NCBI GenBank assembly: GCA_964016885.1
Contig: OZ024743.1
Location: 315,828,001 to 315,892,000, forward strand
DNA: 64,000 nucleotides
Source of the DNA: Eledone cirrhosa
Lineage: Eukaryota
Direction: 5' to 3'
Shown here: piece after piece, positions 24,221-36,580 of the stretch
How the letters are laid out: each line of letters begins with the position of its first letter
Numbering within the stretch: the stretch's first letter is position 1
Translations under genes and position numbers: made by a program
The notes under the pieces: model-generated
Databases searched by the model: none
Told to the model about the DNA's origin: nothing
Seen by the model: the letters and a program-made list of their open reading frames with translations, nothing else

Positions 24221-26010
24221 GCCAGTGTAACAAAAACAATGTTTTCTCTGTTCCTGGCTTGTAATCACTTTTTTGTGTTGCTTAGGTACCAAATAAATAA
24301 AACAAGTGCTATTAAACAGTTAAAAGTTTGGGTTTGTAAAATTTCTAAGCTATTCACTAGAATTATTTGTATGCTTGATTTTACGTTTTATGTAAGTTTA
24401 ATTTGCTTATGTTAAATGATTTTTTTTATATGTTTCAGGTTAAATTAAAATTATAAAATAAAGAGTAATACCTAAAGAAAATTATAAAAGTGCGATAAAG
24501 TATAAAATTGTTAAAAAGTGGATTAAAGAGATTTATTGATACTGGGGTACCAGAAAAAGTTCCTCATTTCCCAAACCAAAAAGAAGTCAATGACTTGGTC
24601 AGGGATATGGGTCTGACCAAGTCCAATGCAAAACAATTCGTCTCCAGGATGAAACAGTGGAACTTGGTCAAGGAGGAAGTGCAGGTGACAAGTCAGAGAA
24701 ATCGACATATACCTTTCTCAGGCTTTTACACTCTTAGGGATGGCCTCTGCTCCTGCCATGACGTGCCTGGACTGTTTGACGTTATTGGGGTGCCGCTTGT
24801 GCCCAAGGAGTGGCAGCTATTTATAGACAGCTCCACCACAAGTTTGAAGGCTGTCCTCCTCCACAATGGAAACAAGTTCTCGACACTGCCCCTAGCTCAT
24901 TCAGTCTGCCTGAAGGAAGATTACTACAGTGTGAAAGTCCTCTTGGAAGCTCTGCAATACAACCAGTACAATTGGGAAATCATTGGAGACTTCAAGATGG
25001 TGGCTTTCCTGCTTGGACTCCAAGGAGGCTTTATCAAATTCCAATGCTTCCTCTGCTTTTGGGACAGCAGAGTCACCTCTCACCACTACAAAAGAAAGAA
25101 CTGGGAGCAGCGAACAGAATTTGTAGTTGGGACCCGGAACGTCATGTGGGAGCCACTGGTTGATCTCAGGATTGTGCTCATGCCGCCACTGCACATTAAG
25201 TTGGGGTTGATGAAGCAGTTTGTGAAGGCTCTCAACCAAGAATCAGCCGCTTTTAAGTACCTTCTTGAGTTCTTCCCCAAGTTATCTGAGGCCAAAATCA
25301 AAGGTGGAATTTTTGTTGGACTTCAGATAAAGAAAGTGTTTGAGTCTACCGAGTTCTCCAATAAGCTCAATAGGATTAAGAGAACAGCATGGAACTGTTT
25401 CAAGGCAGTTGTTAAGGGCTTCCTGGGCAACTACACAGCTGAAAACTACCAGCAACTGGTGCAGGATCTGATAAAGGCTTTTGGCGCCATGGGATGCAGG
25501 ATGTCGCTTAAACTCCATATGCTGGATGCTCACCTGAGAAAATTCAAGGACAATATGTGCGCCTACTCAGAAGAACAAGGCGAACAATTCCACCAAGATG
25601 TGAAAGAGATAGAGCGGAGGTACCAGGGCCACTACAATGAAAAAATGATGGGGGACTATATCTGGGGGCTAATGCGGGAATGCGACCTGGACTACAACCG
25701 CAAATCCAGAAAATCCAGTCATTTCTGACGTGTCTAAGTTGCTTTATAAGTGTTATTTGTTTTTACTTGTTTGCTTTTGATAAGCTTGTGTAATAAAATA
25801 AATATATACTCTGTTGATTTAATTATATGAACTGATACATTTTTTTTTAAATGTGTTTTTTCTTGAAAAATATGAAAATTTGGAAATATGAAACTCCTGA
25901 CCACAAACCCAAACTTCTGATTAAATAATAGTGTTTTTTAACAATAATTGGATATAACAAACCAAGAAATAACACTTAGAACCGGGGAACAAAAGATATG
26001 TTACACAGTG
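24221..26010 (+). mobile_element. Chapaev3-like (CMC/Transib-related) DNA transposon
   Basis: Imperfect TIRs GCCAGTGTAACA...TGTTACACAGTG, TAA on both flanks (3-bp TSD), subterminal inverted motif AAGTTTGGGTTTGT / ACAAACCCAAACTT, internal transposase. Confidence 0.72.
24508..25728 (+). CDS. DDE transposase catalytic region (Chapaev3-like), probably missing its N-terminus
   Basis: 406-aa open frame with WQLFIDSS, GDFKM, CFLC, PPLHIKLGLMK, HMLDAH, SEEQGEQFHQD and MMGDYIW; starts at TTG, not ATG. Confidence 0.8.
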   Translation: MLKSGLKRFIDTGVPEKVPHFPNQKEVNDLVRDMGLTKSNAKQFVSRMKQWNLVKEEVQVTSQRNRHIPFSGFYTLRDGLCSCHDVPGLFDVIGVPLVPKEWQLFIDSSTTSLKAVLLHNGNKFSTLPLAHSVCLKEDYYSVKVLLEALQYNQYNWEIIGDFKMVAFLLGLQGGFIKFQCFLCFWDSRVTSHHYKRKNWEQRTEFVVGTRNVMWEPLVDLRIVLMPPLHIKLGLMKQFVKALNQESAAFKYLLEFFPKLSEAKIKGGIFVGLQIKKVFESTEFSNKLNRIKRTAWNCFKAVVKGFLGNYTAENYQQLVQDLIKAFGAMGCRMSLKLHMLDAHLRKFKDNMCAYSEEQGEQFHQDVKEIERRYQGHYNEKMMGDYIWGLMRECDLDYNRKSRKSSHF

Positions 26011-26384
26011 TAATCAGCCTGTCACTCAGCCAGCAAATGTTTCGCATACGCCTCCAAAATCTTGGAGGGATCTCATATGAGGAAGATCTAGGTGAGATCA
26101 GGTCCATAGTAATAAAAAAAAAATGGCTAGAGTCGCCCTCCAAATCCCATCATAAGTAATTGGTGAGATAACGTCTCCTCACAATTACATATCTGACAAT
26201 AGGCGTGAAGTCGTGGAAAGTCGGTGATATTCCCAAACCAAATATCTAAAAAGCTCCTGGGTGCGTGTAGGAACGAAAAACCCATACCGAGAAAAATTTT
26301 TCGTGGCATTTGCAGTGAGCTTTGGTACTGTGGAAAAGGCGAAATCCCTCTCCCTGGCGACTTTGACGAGTGAGAAATTATTCC

Positions 26385-26548
26385 TCGTTACCCTATTATT
26401 TGCATTTAGATCAGTTTTAAGTATTAATCTAATCCGCCTGTAGAATTCCTTTCTAATCTTTTCTTTCATCTGTGTGTTGAACCCTGTCTAGTTCGTTGAT
26501 TCATATGTATTTGTATGTTTCCGTTTCATCTAATACTCTTATCTCAGT
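26385..26548 (-). pseudogene. R4/Dong-like LINE fragment (RT thumb region)
   Basis: ETYKY...QHTQMKEKIRKEFYRRIRLILKTDLNANNRV. Confidence 0.55.
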
Positions 26549-26569
26549 TTTTTTACTATGATATGAATG

Positions 26570-26735
26570 GTTTCTGAATTAGGCACAAGGCCAACAATTT
26601 TCGGGGAGGAGGGAATCAATTAAATCGACCCCAGTGCGTTTCTAGAACTTTATTTTATCATCCGTAAGGATGAACGGTAAAGCTAGCCTCGGTGAGATTT
26701 GAACTCAGAACGTAAAGGGCCATAGCTATATGCTG
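26570..26735 (-). mobile_element. tRNA-derived SINE
   Basis: Reverse copy of the same SINE family. Confidence 0.7.
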
Positions 26736-26924
26736 CTATATGATATTAATGTGTTTCGCTAGTATTTGTCTCTTCAGAGTTCCTTGGCGCAATTTTTTAG
26801 TCCGAATTTCATGCTTATTTCTTTTGTGAATCTATGTACTGTCTGTAGCAGTGTTTAGATTATTCATATATAAGAGATGGCTGATTTTCTTTAGCTTTTA
26901 TACCCTAGTCCAGTTCTGTTTAGT

Positions 26925-28506
26925 GTCAGATAATAGTGTTAGTTCTAAGTAGAAAAGTCCTCCTGACGCCTACTATCAGGAATGCGTCTGGGGTTCTCCT
27001 CTCTTCAAATAGGTGCATCCTCGCGAGGTGGCGAGAATACTTTGCTGATCTGTTAAACACAATCACAATAGCATCTTCTGATGTACACGAGGTGCATCTG
27101 AGAGTGATAGCTAATCTCTCAGAGGCTGAGGTCACAAGATCAGTTAAAGAACTTAAATGTGGCAAGGCCGTTGGGGAGGATGAAGTTCGGTCTAAGATGT
27201 TAAAAGTCTCAAAGAGAGAAGGTATTTTCTGACTGATTCGTGTGTGCCGGGTGGCCTGGATCTCTCGAAAGGCACCTAAGCAATGGCAGTCAGGAATGAT
27301 AATGCCAATTTTCAAACAGGGAGGCACGAGAGATTGCTCTAGTTGTAGAGTGATTTCCTTGTAAGCTTCCCCGGTAAAGTCTATGCTAAGTGTCTGGCAA
27401 AGAGATGTGGAGAAATTGTCAAGTACCAACTCGCTGATGAACAGTGCGGCTTTCATACTGTTGACACTGTGGTAGATCTTTGAGGAATCGTGGGAGTATT
27501 GCCGAGAGGTGCATTGTTGCTTTGTAGACTTCCAAAAAGCATATGACTATGTTCCACAGGATTTGCTGTAGAAGGTTGTGCAGGAGGATCGAATCGATGG
27601 TGCTTGTTGCCCAGATGTCTCTATACCAATGACCGACAAAATGGGACTAGATCGAAACCATTCAATGCGGGAGTCGGACTCTGCCAAGAGTGCGTTCTGG
27701 CCCCTTTCCTGTTAATTAATTTCTTGAACAGAATTGGCATGCGCAAACGAGTTGGAAGGGGTATCACAACTGGCAAGTGTAGAATCAGTCGGCTGGAATT
27801 TGCAGACTACATGACATTACTTAACTCGACAGAAGCTGATCTCCTCCGACATGCACTTGATAGATATGATGCTGAGTGCTGCAGGCTGAAAGGAAAATCA
27901 GTGCTGCGATAACTGAGACACTCGTCTTCTCAAGGAAACCTGCGCAGTGCACTCTACATGTGAAGGGAGTCCCACTGAAGCAGGTAGAGAAGTATCTTGG
28001 AACCGAGTTCACGAGTGATGGAAGGCAGGAGGCTGAATTAAGTGCAAGAAATTGCAGCAGCTAGTGCAGTAATATGCCAGCTTTAGCATTTGGTAATCGT
28101 GCCAACCGTTGCCTATTGTCGTGAATCTTGGATAACGAGCGAAAGAATACGATCGCAAATACAAGCGGCCGAAATGGGATTCCTCCGAAGGGTTTTGGAG
28201 TAACGTGAGATCGATGAAGTGCATAGCACAGACATCAGAGATTTGCTCTGGGTAGAGACGCTATTATTCCGAATTGAGATATCACAGCTCCGCTACTATG
28301 GGCATGCGGTTAGAATGTCTCAGGAAAGAATCGCTGGATGAATTTTAACGGCAAAACCAACCGGAAAGAGACCCAGGGGTAGGCTCTGAGCAATATGTTG
28401 GCTAGTCTCGCTTGTGGATCCGGCCGATTCAGTTGGAAGCGGTTGTTTCTGACAGAACCTTCTGGAAGGAGTGTATGAGGACTCTTGCCTCGCCAAGAAG
28501 AAGAAG
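26925..28506 (+). mobile_element. Degenerate 5'-truncated RTE-clade LINE
   Basis: ARWREYFADLLN, KAVGED, EQCGF, FVDFQKAYD, GLCQEC, FAD, KYLG and YGHAVRM across frames with stops; (GAA)n tail at ~28497. Confidence 0.85.
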
Positions 28507-28819
28507 TGTAAGTGCGTGGCTTGGCGATTAGGACGATGGGCTCAATCCGAGGCTATAGTAAAAAAAAACACGTTTAATGCTCGTGTACATATATAACTCT
28601 ATACGTGTGTGTGTGTGTGTTTGTGTGTGTGTGTTTGCTCATGTTTGTATTTGTGGGTTTTATTACCCGAAACAGAGATCGTTGAAAATATGAAATGGTG
28701 TCGGTTTGAGCGACTAAATATTTTCAAGTTGATATTTCAGCATGGACGCAGTCAAATGTCGAAACTATTTTAAAAAATCTTTGTGTTTATATTTTTAAGT
28801 ATTCACACATACGTGAATG

Positions 28820-29626
28820 CGTGTGTATGTGTTTCTGTGTTTCTTTATGTGTGTACGTATATCTGTGTGTGGGGTGGAGGGTAGCCCGTGCGTGTATATG
28901 TGTGTATGTGTTTGTGTATATGTTTCTTTATATTTGTATGTGTGTGTCTGTGTGTGCGTGTAAGCGTGTGTGCGTGTGTATGTATATGTTTCTATGTTTG
29001 TATATATGTCTTTGCCTGTCTATACATGTCCATGTATGTGTGTGTATCTGTGTATGTCTGTATGTCAATATATATATATATATGTGTGTGTGTGTGTATG
29101 TGTATCTCTCTGTATGTGTTTGTTTTTATATGTGTGTATCTGTGTGGGTATGTAGATCACTATATATATGCGTCTATGTGTGTGCATATGTTTCTATATG
29201 TGTCTGTGTGCATCAATATATGTGCATGTATATGCGTGTATCTGTGTATGTCTCTAGGTCAATATATGTATATGCCTGTATGTATGTGTGTTTATATTTG
29301 TATGTATGTGTGTATATATATGTCTGTCTATATGTGTGTGTATATATGTCTGTGTCTATATGTGTGTGTATATATGTCTGTGTCTATATGTGTGTATATA
29401 TATATATGTCTGTCTCTATCTGTGTATATATATATGTCTGTCTATATGTGTGTGTATATATGTCTGTGTCTATATGTGTGTGTATATATGTCTGTGTCTA
29501 TATGTGTGTATATATATATATGTCTGTCTCTATCTGTGTATATATATATGTCAGTCTATATGTGTGTGTATATATGTCTGTGTCTATATGTGTGTATATA
29601 TATATGTGTCAATATCTATATATGCC

Positions 29627-29714
<88 letters not shown>

Positions 29715-29798
29715 TCTCTATGTCAATATATATATATGTCTGTCTATATGTGTGTATATATATGTCAGTCTATATGTGTGTGTATATATGTCTGTGTC

Positions 29799-29829
<31 letters not shown>

Positions 29830-30159
29830 CAATATCTCTATGTCAATATATTTATGTCTCTGTATGTGTGTATGTGTTGCCTGTTTCAAGTGTAAATATC
29901 GTGAACGTTGTTAAATACCAAAGTTGTTATGAAACACTTCATTGACTTCAATGATTCAACCTTTCTACCCGTGACCTTCACCCCTTGTTTAATCTCAACT
30001 AATATCAATATTATAATTGTCAAAACAAAACCAATCAAATACCGCTTATATCCGCACACACACACACCCACACCCACACCCACATAACACCACATATGCG
30101 TGTGTGTTTTATGTGTGTTTCTGTGTGTAAATATATATATGCATGTATTTATATATATA

Positions 30160-30236
<77 letters not shown>

Positions 30237-30295
30237 GTGTGTGTGTGTATATATATATATGTGTGTGTGTATATATGTATGTATATATATATATG

Positions 30296-30390
<95 letters not shown>
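28820..30390. repeat. Long compound (TA)/(TG) microsatellite field with internal duplications
   Basis: Direct reading; a short unique gap at ~29880-30095. Confidence 0.9.
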
Positions 30391-30392
<2 letters not shown>

Positions 30393-30402
30393 ATAATAAT
30401 AA

Positions 30403-31020
30403 GATCCCGTTAAGGGTGAAAGCAGCGATTCTTTGCTTAAACTTTAATCTGTTATTTTAATAAATATATATATATATATATAAAATATGTCGGGTCACTC
30501 TTGAGTGCTACTGGTAACATGTAACCCAGTACAACCTGTCGCAAGGTCGGGTCGTCGGCGACTAAACCTGCATACCCACCAAGTTTACTTGGTGAGGAGG
30601 GTGATTTTGGACACCCTGCAGGACAAAAACAAAACCTGACAAAGGCGGAAGAACTCATAAGAGTTAACGGTCATCCAAAGGTGTGTAAATATGTATATAC
30701 ACATGTACCGCGCGGTTAAACCACTGGGAGTGAAGGACCCCTAGCTTTTGTCAGGGCATTCTTCTTGGAGAAGGCAACTCAGGAAACTGGGATAACTCCG
30801 ATACAAAACCTGCGGCTCAGTAGTTACCGATGATGTTGATCTTTTCTTCTGTTCGGGTTATAGCTACTGTCGCTCAGTAAAGGGATTGGCTCAGTGCACA
30901 GTCTTTCCTCACTTTAAAAAATATCTTCAAGCACAGGCATTGCATGATAGAATTAATTAATAATTATTGATAATGGTAAATCGTGCAATGCCCATACTCG
31001 AGAACGAGGGGGCAGCCATC
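30403..31020 (+). mobile_element. Short non-coding retroposon-like element, copy 1
   Basis: Homologous to 34053-34620 in both its 5' part and its 3' end (CTCGAGAACGAG..GGCAGCCA); preceded by (TAA)n and followed by (TA)n. Confidence 0.6.
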
Positions 31021-31025
31021 ACATT

Positions 31026-31084
<59 letters not shown>

Positions 31085-31127
31085 GCATACATATAACTAT
31101 ACCTATCCCACTATATATATACCTATC

Positions 31128-31169
<42 letters not shown>

Positions 31170-31174
31170 GAGAT

Positions 31175-31224
<50 letters not shown>

Positions 31225-31229
31225 GAGAT

Positions 31230-31265
<36 letters not shown>

Positions 31266-31269
<4 letters not shown>

Positions 31270-31848
31270 TCTTTATTAGCCACAGGGGCACAAAAGAAGG
31301 GGACAAATACAAATGGGGAAGTTTACATACAATAAAAACGTGTAAAATGTTATCACAAATGCAATTTAAAAAATTAGTCGATTTTCCCCAATAGGGAGAG
31401 ACAGTTTATATGGGTAACACATACGCCCGAAAAAATGTGAAACCCTCATCTCCAGGAGTACGAAGAGTTTGTATTCCTTTCCTCTCCTCCTCCTTTTCCT
31501 CAACCTACAGGCTGATATAGAGAGAAGGCCCATTCACTCGGGCCATTCTCGCCACTTTCACCCACCTTTCATAAAACTTGCTGGCGTACAGCACCTCACT
31601 CTCCATCCTGATTCTTCTTCCAAAGTGGTATTTGAAAAAAAAAATCAGTTGTTGGCCGGAGAGAAAGGTGTCTGACCTCAGCCCTTTCAACCTTGTCCAC
31701 CATACAACCTCTTTCGCCATAGCTATCACACAAAGGAAAACCGCCTCTCCTTCGTTTTTGAAGGAGGGTGGCGGTTTGATCATGACAATGGACTCGGTGG
31801 TCATCCGGATTGGTCCCACCCGCGACAATAGTCGTTCTACATAGCCCA
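31266..31848 (-). mobile_element. Tx1-like copy D: 5'-truncated 3' end inside (TA)n
   Basis: Nearly identical to 1524-2022 of copy B, but keeps the full ORF2 C-terminus (...PSLYISL*). Confidence 0.92.
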
Positions 31849-31914
31849 TATATATATATATAGCTGTTTGGCTTACAATGCGGGACCAAAGTAGTTAAAG
31901 AAGTGTTCAGTTCG

Positions 31915-32105
31915 TTGGATTGGCAGTATCAGTAGAGGGTCAGACGCCATGCTTTGCAACAACGAGTTACGGCCCTTTGTGGTCTGAGTTCAAATCCCGC
32001 CGAGGTTAACTTTGCCTTTCATCCTTACGGGGTCGATAAAATAAAGTACCAGTAATACACTGAGATAATTGCTGGCCTTGTGCCAAAAGTAGAAACAATT
32101 ATTTC
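31915..32105 (+). mobile_element. tRNA-derived SINE
   Basis: Same family as 19165-19355. Confidence 0.8.
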
Positions 32106-32318
32106 TGTCTTCAATATTCTCCATATATGTATATTGATGTGTTTTGTTATTGTCATTATTATTGATTTTCTTGTAAGGTTTTTAACGTTTGTTGATGCTT
32201 TATTTGTTGCTTTTTAAATGCACTTATGGTTTTTATTTTGTTTTGCTTTTTTGTTATTGTTTTTAGAATTGTTTGTTGTTTTGGTGTTTTGGTGTTGTTG
32301 CTGTATTTGTTGCTGTTG

Positions 32319-32350
<32 letters not shown>

Positions 32351-32479
32351 ATTGATGTGGTGGTGGTGGCGGTGGTGTTGTTGTTGTTGTTGCTGTTAGA
32401 CTCCAGGAAACGCTGATTTCAGAATAGTTTTCAATATCAAAAAGAGCTACGAAAATAACGGATAATATTATCTTGATAA

Positions 32480-32520
<41 letters not shown>

Positions 32521-33399
32521 TACATACATACACATACGCACATACACATACACATACACATACACGCATACACATACGCACATACACATACACACATACA
32601 CATACAGTCACACACACACATATACTCCCACACACACATACACATACACATACACTGAGATATATTTGTGTTTATTTGTATATGATTTGCATTTAAGTAT
32701 ATGTGTGTGTCGGTATATTACGTTTGTAAGTGTGTGCATATAAGTATATGCCTTCATGTAAGTGTGTATGCATGCATGTATGTAAATAATTGGCTGGATT
32801 AGTTTCTGTATCGTTTATACATAATGTTTAGGCAAACAATGGTGCAATAGTTTTCTAGCATGTCAATGTTTCCATACTTGACTAAAACATTTTTTGTGGT
32901 ACACCAATTTGTTGTCTCATTCTGTTCCCCATCCCAGTCGTTCTTTTAAACATAGTTATTAGAGATTACGCATGGCTTAGTGGTTAGTATGCTAGCCTTG
33001 CGATCGTGGGTTGGGTTGCCGTTGCTACTGTTTGTCTGTCTGTATGTATGTACGTAGGATGGATGTATGTGTGTATGTATATAGGAATGTAAGTACGTAG
33101 TATGTATGTAGATAGGTAGGTATATACGTACTATGTATGCATATATGTACGTATTTATATGTATGTTCTTCTGGTTTTATAATTTCACAAAGTTTTACCA
33201 ATAGAGAGAGAGAGAGAGTTGGTTTCTAACATAGACACAAGACTCTCTCATTGGAATTTACACAGCATCAACTAGGTAAGTATGTATGTATGCATGCATG
33301 TGTAGATATGGATGTTATTGTATGTGTGGATGTGGATGTTTTGAGTTGTATGTGTGCATGTGTATATGCTTTGCATCTGTATATGTGTATATGTAGTTA

Positions 33400-34052
33400 T
33401 TAGATGCAAAATATTTGGAATGTCTTACATATTTTTACTGTTCCATTAATGGATTGTACTTGTAATTTCCTAATTAGTTGTGTTCTTTCTGTTCCTGTGA
33501 AGCCTAGTTTCTCAAGATTTGTATTGAGGCAGTTACTAACATATCCCAGTGCCCCAATAATCACAGGCATAAATTTGAAGGTGTAATCAGGGTGGAGTAT
33601 CTGCAGATTTCTCATCAGTTCTGCATAAATGTTCTCCTTTTCACTAATCTTTGATATTATATTGGCATCTGCTGGGCAGCTAATTTCCACTACTGTGCAT
33701 ACTTTCTTCTCCCTGTCCCATATCATAATATCTGGTCTGTTATGCCTGCATTTTATTGGGGTTTTTACTGGAACATTCCACCAGTACTCTTTCATATTAT
33801 GTACATGGATGTCTTCCACATTGCTGTAGCTTTTAATGTGTTTATTATCGGGGCTATCTTTTTTACGAACTGCATTGTACAGTGTTTTGGCCACTACATC
33901 ATGGCCCATAGGTAGGTAGTACCGCGATGATATCCTCGATGTTAGTTATGCAGTCTGCATTTGTTATCACATCGAGGTGTTTTGCCTGCATCGCTATATA
34001 TTTTGTGAATCAGGTATTTCGTGCTAATCTCCTGTTCCTGGATTGCAAAAGC
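33400..34052 (-). pseudogene. R4/Dong-like LINE C-terminus with restriction-like endonuclease
   Basis: AFAIQEQEISTKYL, HDVVAK, RHNRPDIMIWD..VVEISCP..K..Y (PD..E..K motif); disrupted upstream of 33909. Confidence 0.8.
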
Positions 34053-34620
34053 GTACAACTTGTCCCATGGTCGGGTCATTGGCGACTAAACTGGCAACCC
34101 CACGAAGATTTCTTGGTGAGGAGGGTGACTTTGGACATCCTGCAGGACTAAAAACAAAACCTGTCAAAGGGCAAAGGAGCTCTTAAGAGTCAATGGCCAT
34201 CCAGAATCACCGGGAGAGATGACCCCTTAGCCTTTGTCAAGGCAGAATTCTAGGAGAAGGAAAACTCTGATATAACACCTGCAACCCTGATGGTATCCAA
34301 TGATGTTGACCTGTTCTTCTTTTTGGTAAATATGATCTTGGTTAAGAGAGTGGGACTGGCTTTGTGCAGTGCCTTTTCTCACTATAAAAGCTTCACGGCA
34401 CAGGCATTGCTTTATATCTGGAGATCTCTCTGCACTTATCATCACATGGTACCATGGGCCCAGCACTATGTGTCAATAATTGTCACAAGTGTAGTGTTTG
34501 TACCAGAGTTTTCAAGTCGCTGGCTGGACTAAAAGGTCACACTTGTTCAGCGCATCGGTAGGGGTTCTCCTACATGGATATAAAGTAGTGGCCGCACTCG
34601 AAAACGAGTTGGCAGCCACC
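34053..34620 (+). mobile_element. Short non-coding retroposon-like element, copy 2
   Basis: Homologous to 30529-31020; (ATGT)n tail; terminal TTGGCAGCCACC repeated at 34711. Confidence 0.6.
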
Positions 34621-34914
34621 ATGTATGTATGTATGTATGTATGTATGTATGTATGTATGTATGTATGTATGTATGTATGTATGTATGTATCTATCTATCT
34701 ATCTTCATTATTGGCAGCCACCATGTATGTATGTATAAACCAGAAACTCCTAGTGGGGTTGTAGAGGTGTCATATTGCCATACGACGATTCTAGGGCATT
34801 TTAAAACCTGGTGGAACCCCTCTCCTCTCCAGGTCTGAACGTAGCAGATTTCTTTCTGAGAAAGATAGTGTTAGAGAAAGGAAGTGAAAAGGAGATAGAG
34901 AGGAGGAACCTACC

Positions 34915-35065
34915 ATAGTACTAGACTGATATTTATTTATCGACCAATCAAAGGATGAAAGGAAATGTTGACCTCAACAGAAATTAAAGTCAGAGAGCAG
35001 AGAGCTGGCACTAATACCGCAAAACATTCTATCTGATGTTCTAACGACTCAATTTGCCACATTGC
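34915..35065 (-). mobile_element. Degenerate tRNA-derived SINE
   Basis: TTTATCGACC..AAGGATGAAAGG core in reverse; a similar copy lies at ~17095-17195. Confidence 0.55.
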
Positions 35066-35742
35066 TCCAATCTATTAAGCTGGTAAAAAAATGAGTTGCG
35101 ATGACACTGGTGCAAAGTTGTATTGGCATTTTCCTTTTTCTCGAACAACATAGGTGACGTAAGGATAGGAGCTTTGAATGTATGTATGTCTGCTGATTTT
35201 CCACAAAACACCCTGTCTACGCGTGTACTTCGGATAAGCACCCCCATGGTCAGTCATTAATGAGTTTCTCAACAATGTTAACTAGACGAGGGCATCACTC
35301 CTGTTGTCATTGATACCTCTGTAGATCTATATCCCCAGACTGTCAGTTTTCTCCGCCAAATCCAACCTATGATGTGGATTGATCAAATCGGAACGAAGTC
35401 ATCTCACTTGAAGAAGAAACCCCGTGGGGTGGAACGGGTGGTGCTGTGAATGATGCTGGCTGTTGTTCTCCACGGCGTTGTTTTCACCACCATTTCCGCA
35501 GGTTGCAGCAGATATAGACAGTCCAGTCAAAGATGTAAAAATCCCCCCCACCTTCCCATTTCTCTTCCTTTTTTTTCTTTCTTTCTTCTATTTTTTTTTC
35601 TTTTTGTCATTCATGAATAACATTCTTACATATCTAACACTACATACATCTCTCTCCCTGTTATCTACCTGAATTCACTTCATATATAGTTTTCTTTGTT
35701 TTGTTGAGTTCATAGTTTTATTTTAAGGAAATGGTATGGGCA

Positions 35743-35816
35743 GGCTGACTATGTCAGTTGGTTAGAGCATCGTGCTAATATCTCGAATATCGGGGGGTTG
35801 AACTCCTTACTGGACC
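35743..35816 (+). pseudogene. tRNA-Ile(AAT) pseudogene
   Basis: GGCTGACTATGTCAGTTGGTTAGAGCATCGTGCTAATA...TACTGGACC followed by TTTTT; stems broken. Confidence 0.7.
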
Positions 35817-36269
35817 TTTTTCTTTGCGAAATATGGCTTTCTCTTACATTTTATATATATATATATATATATTTTTTTTCTTGTCATATGGCATTCAGTA
35901 CTTATATTAGTATGCAACAATTTGATCTTGTCTTGAAACAGTATGGAAGCCCAGTGGAGGCACCTTTCCTGTTTGTAGTTGTTCAACTTAACATGTGATT
36001 CGGTTTAACACCACAAGTGACATTTTGCAACGCGGAACAAGACTGTTTTCTGATTCCCAAGGAAAATGGAAGATCCGCACAAAATTCAAATGAAATAAGA
36101 AGTATTTCGACCCTAAATTTATCACCTTAACCACAAGGTCACGTGCATTCACCAAAGGAATAAAAGAATAACCAAACTATAAACAAAATAAAATAATATC
36201 TGATTATGTGACATTGGTTTCTGCATTTCTCATTTGGATAGAGGGCATTTCGATTGAGGAAGGACACCG

Positions 36270-36535
36270 AAAGGTGGAAGGGCTGAGACAGCGGGTATCA
36301 CTGACAGTCCTTCAGGGTAATGCGTTCGCCATCTTCTACGCGGAATGCAGCTGTGATATGTAGTCCAAGCAAGGAAGTAGCTTCATGAGGTGGAAGGGCG
36401 GATGTAGCGGGTAACACTGGCACTTCTTCACGATAATGCATATGCCATTTTCTATGCGGAATGCAGCTGTCATATGCTGACAAAGCGAGGAAGGAGCTCC
36501 GTGAGATGGAAAGGCTGATGTAGCGGGTATCGTTG
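36270..36535. repeat. Diverged 116-bp tandem repeat (~2.3 copies)
   Basis: GCGGGTA at 36291, 36407 and 36523; GCGGAATGCAGCTGT twice. Confidence 0.75.
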
Positions 36536-36580
36536 GCTGTGGCAATCCTTTCAACATCTTGAGAGATACCTTGCCGAAAA

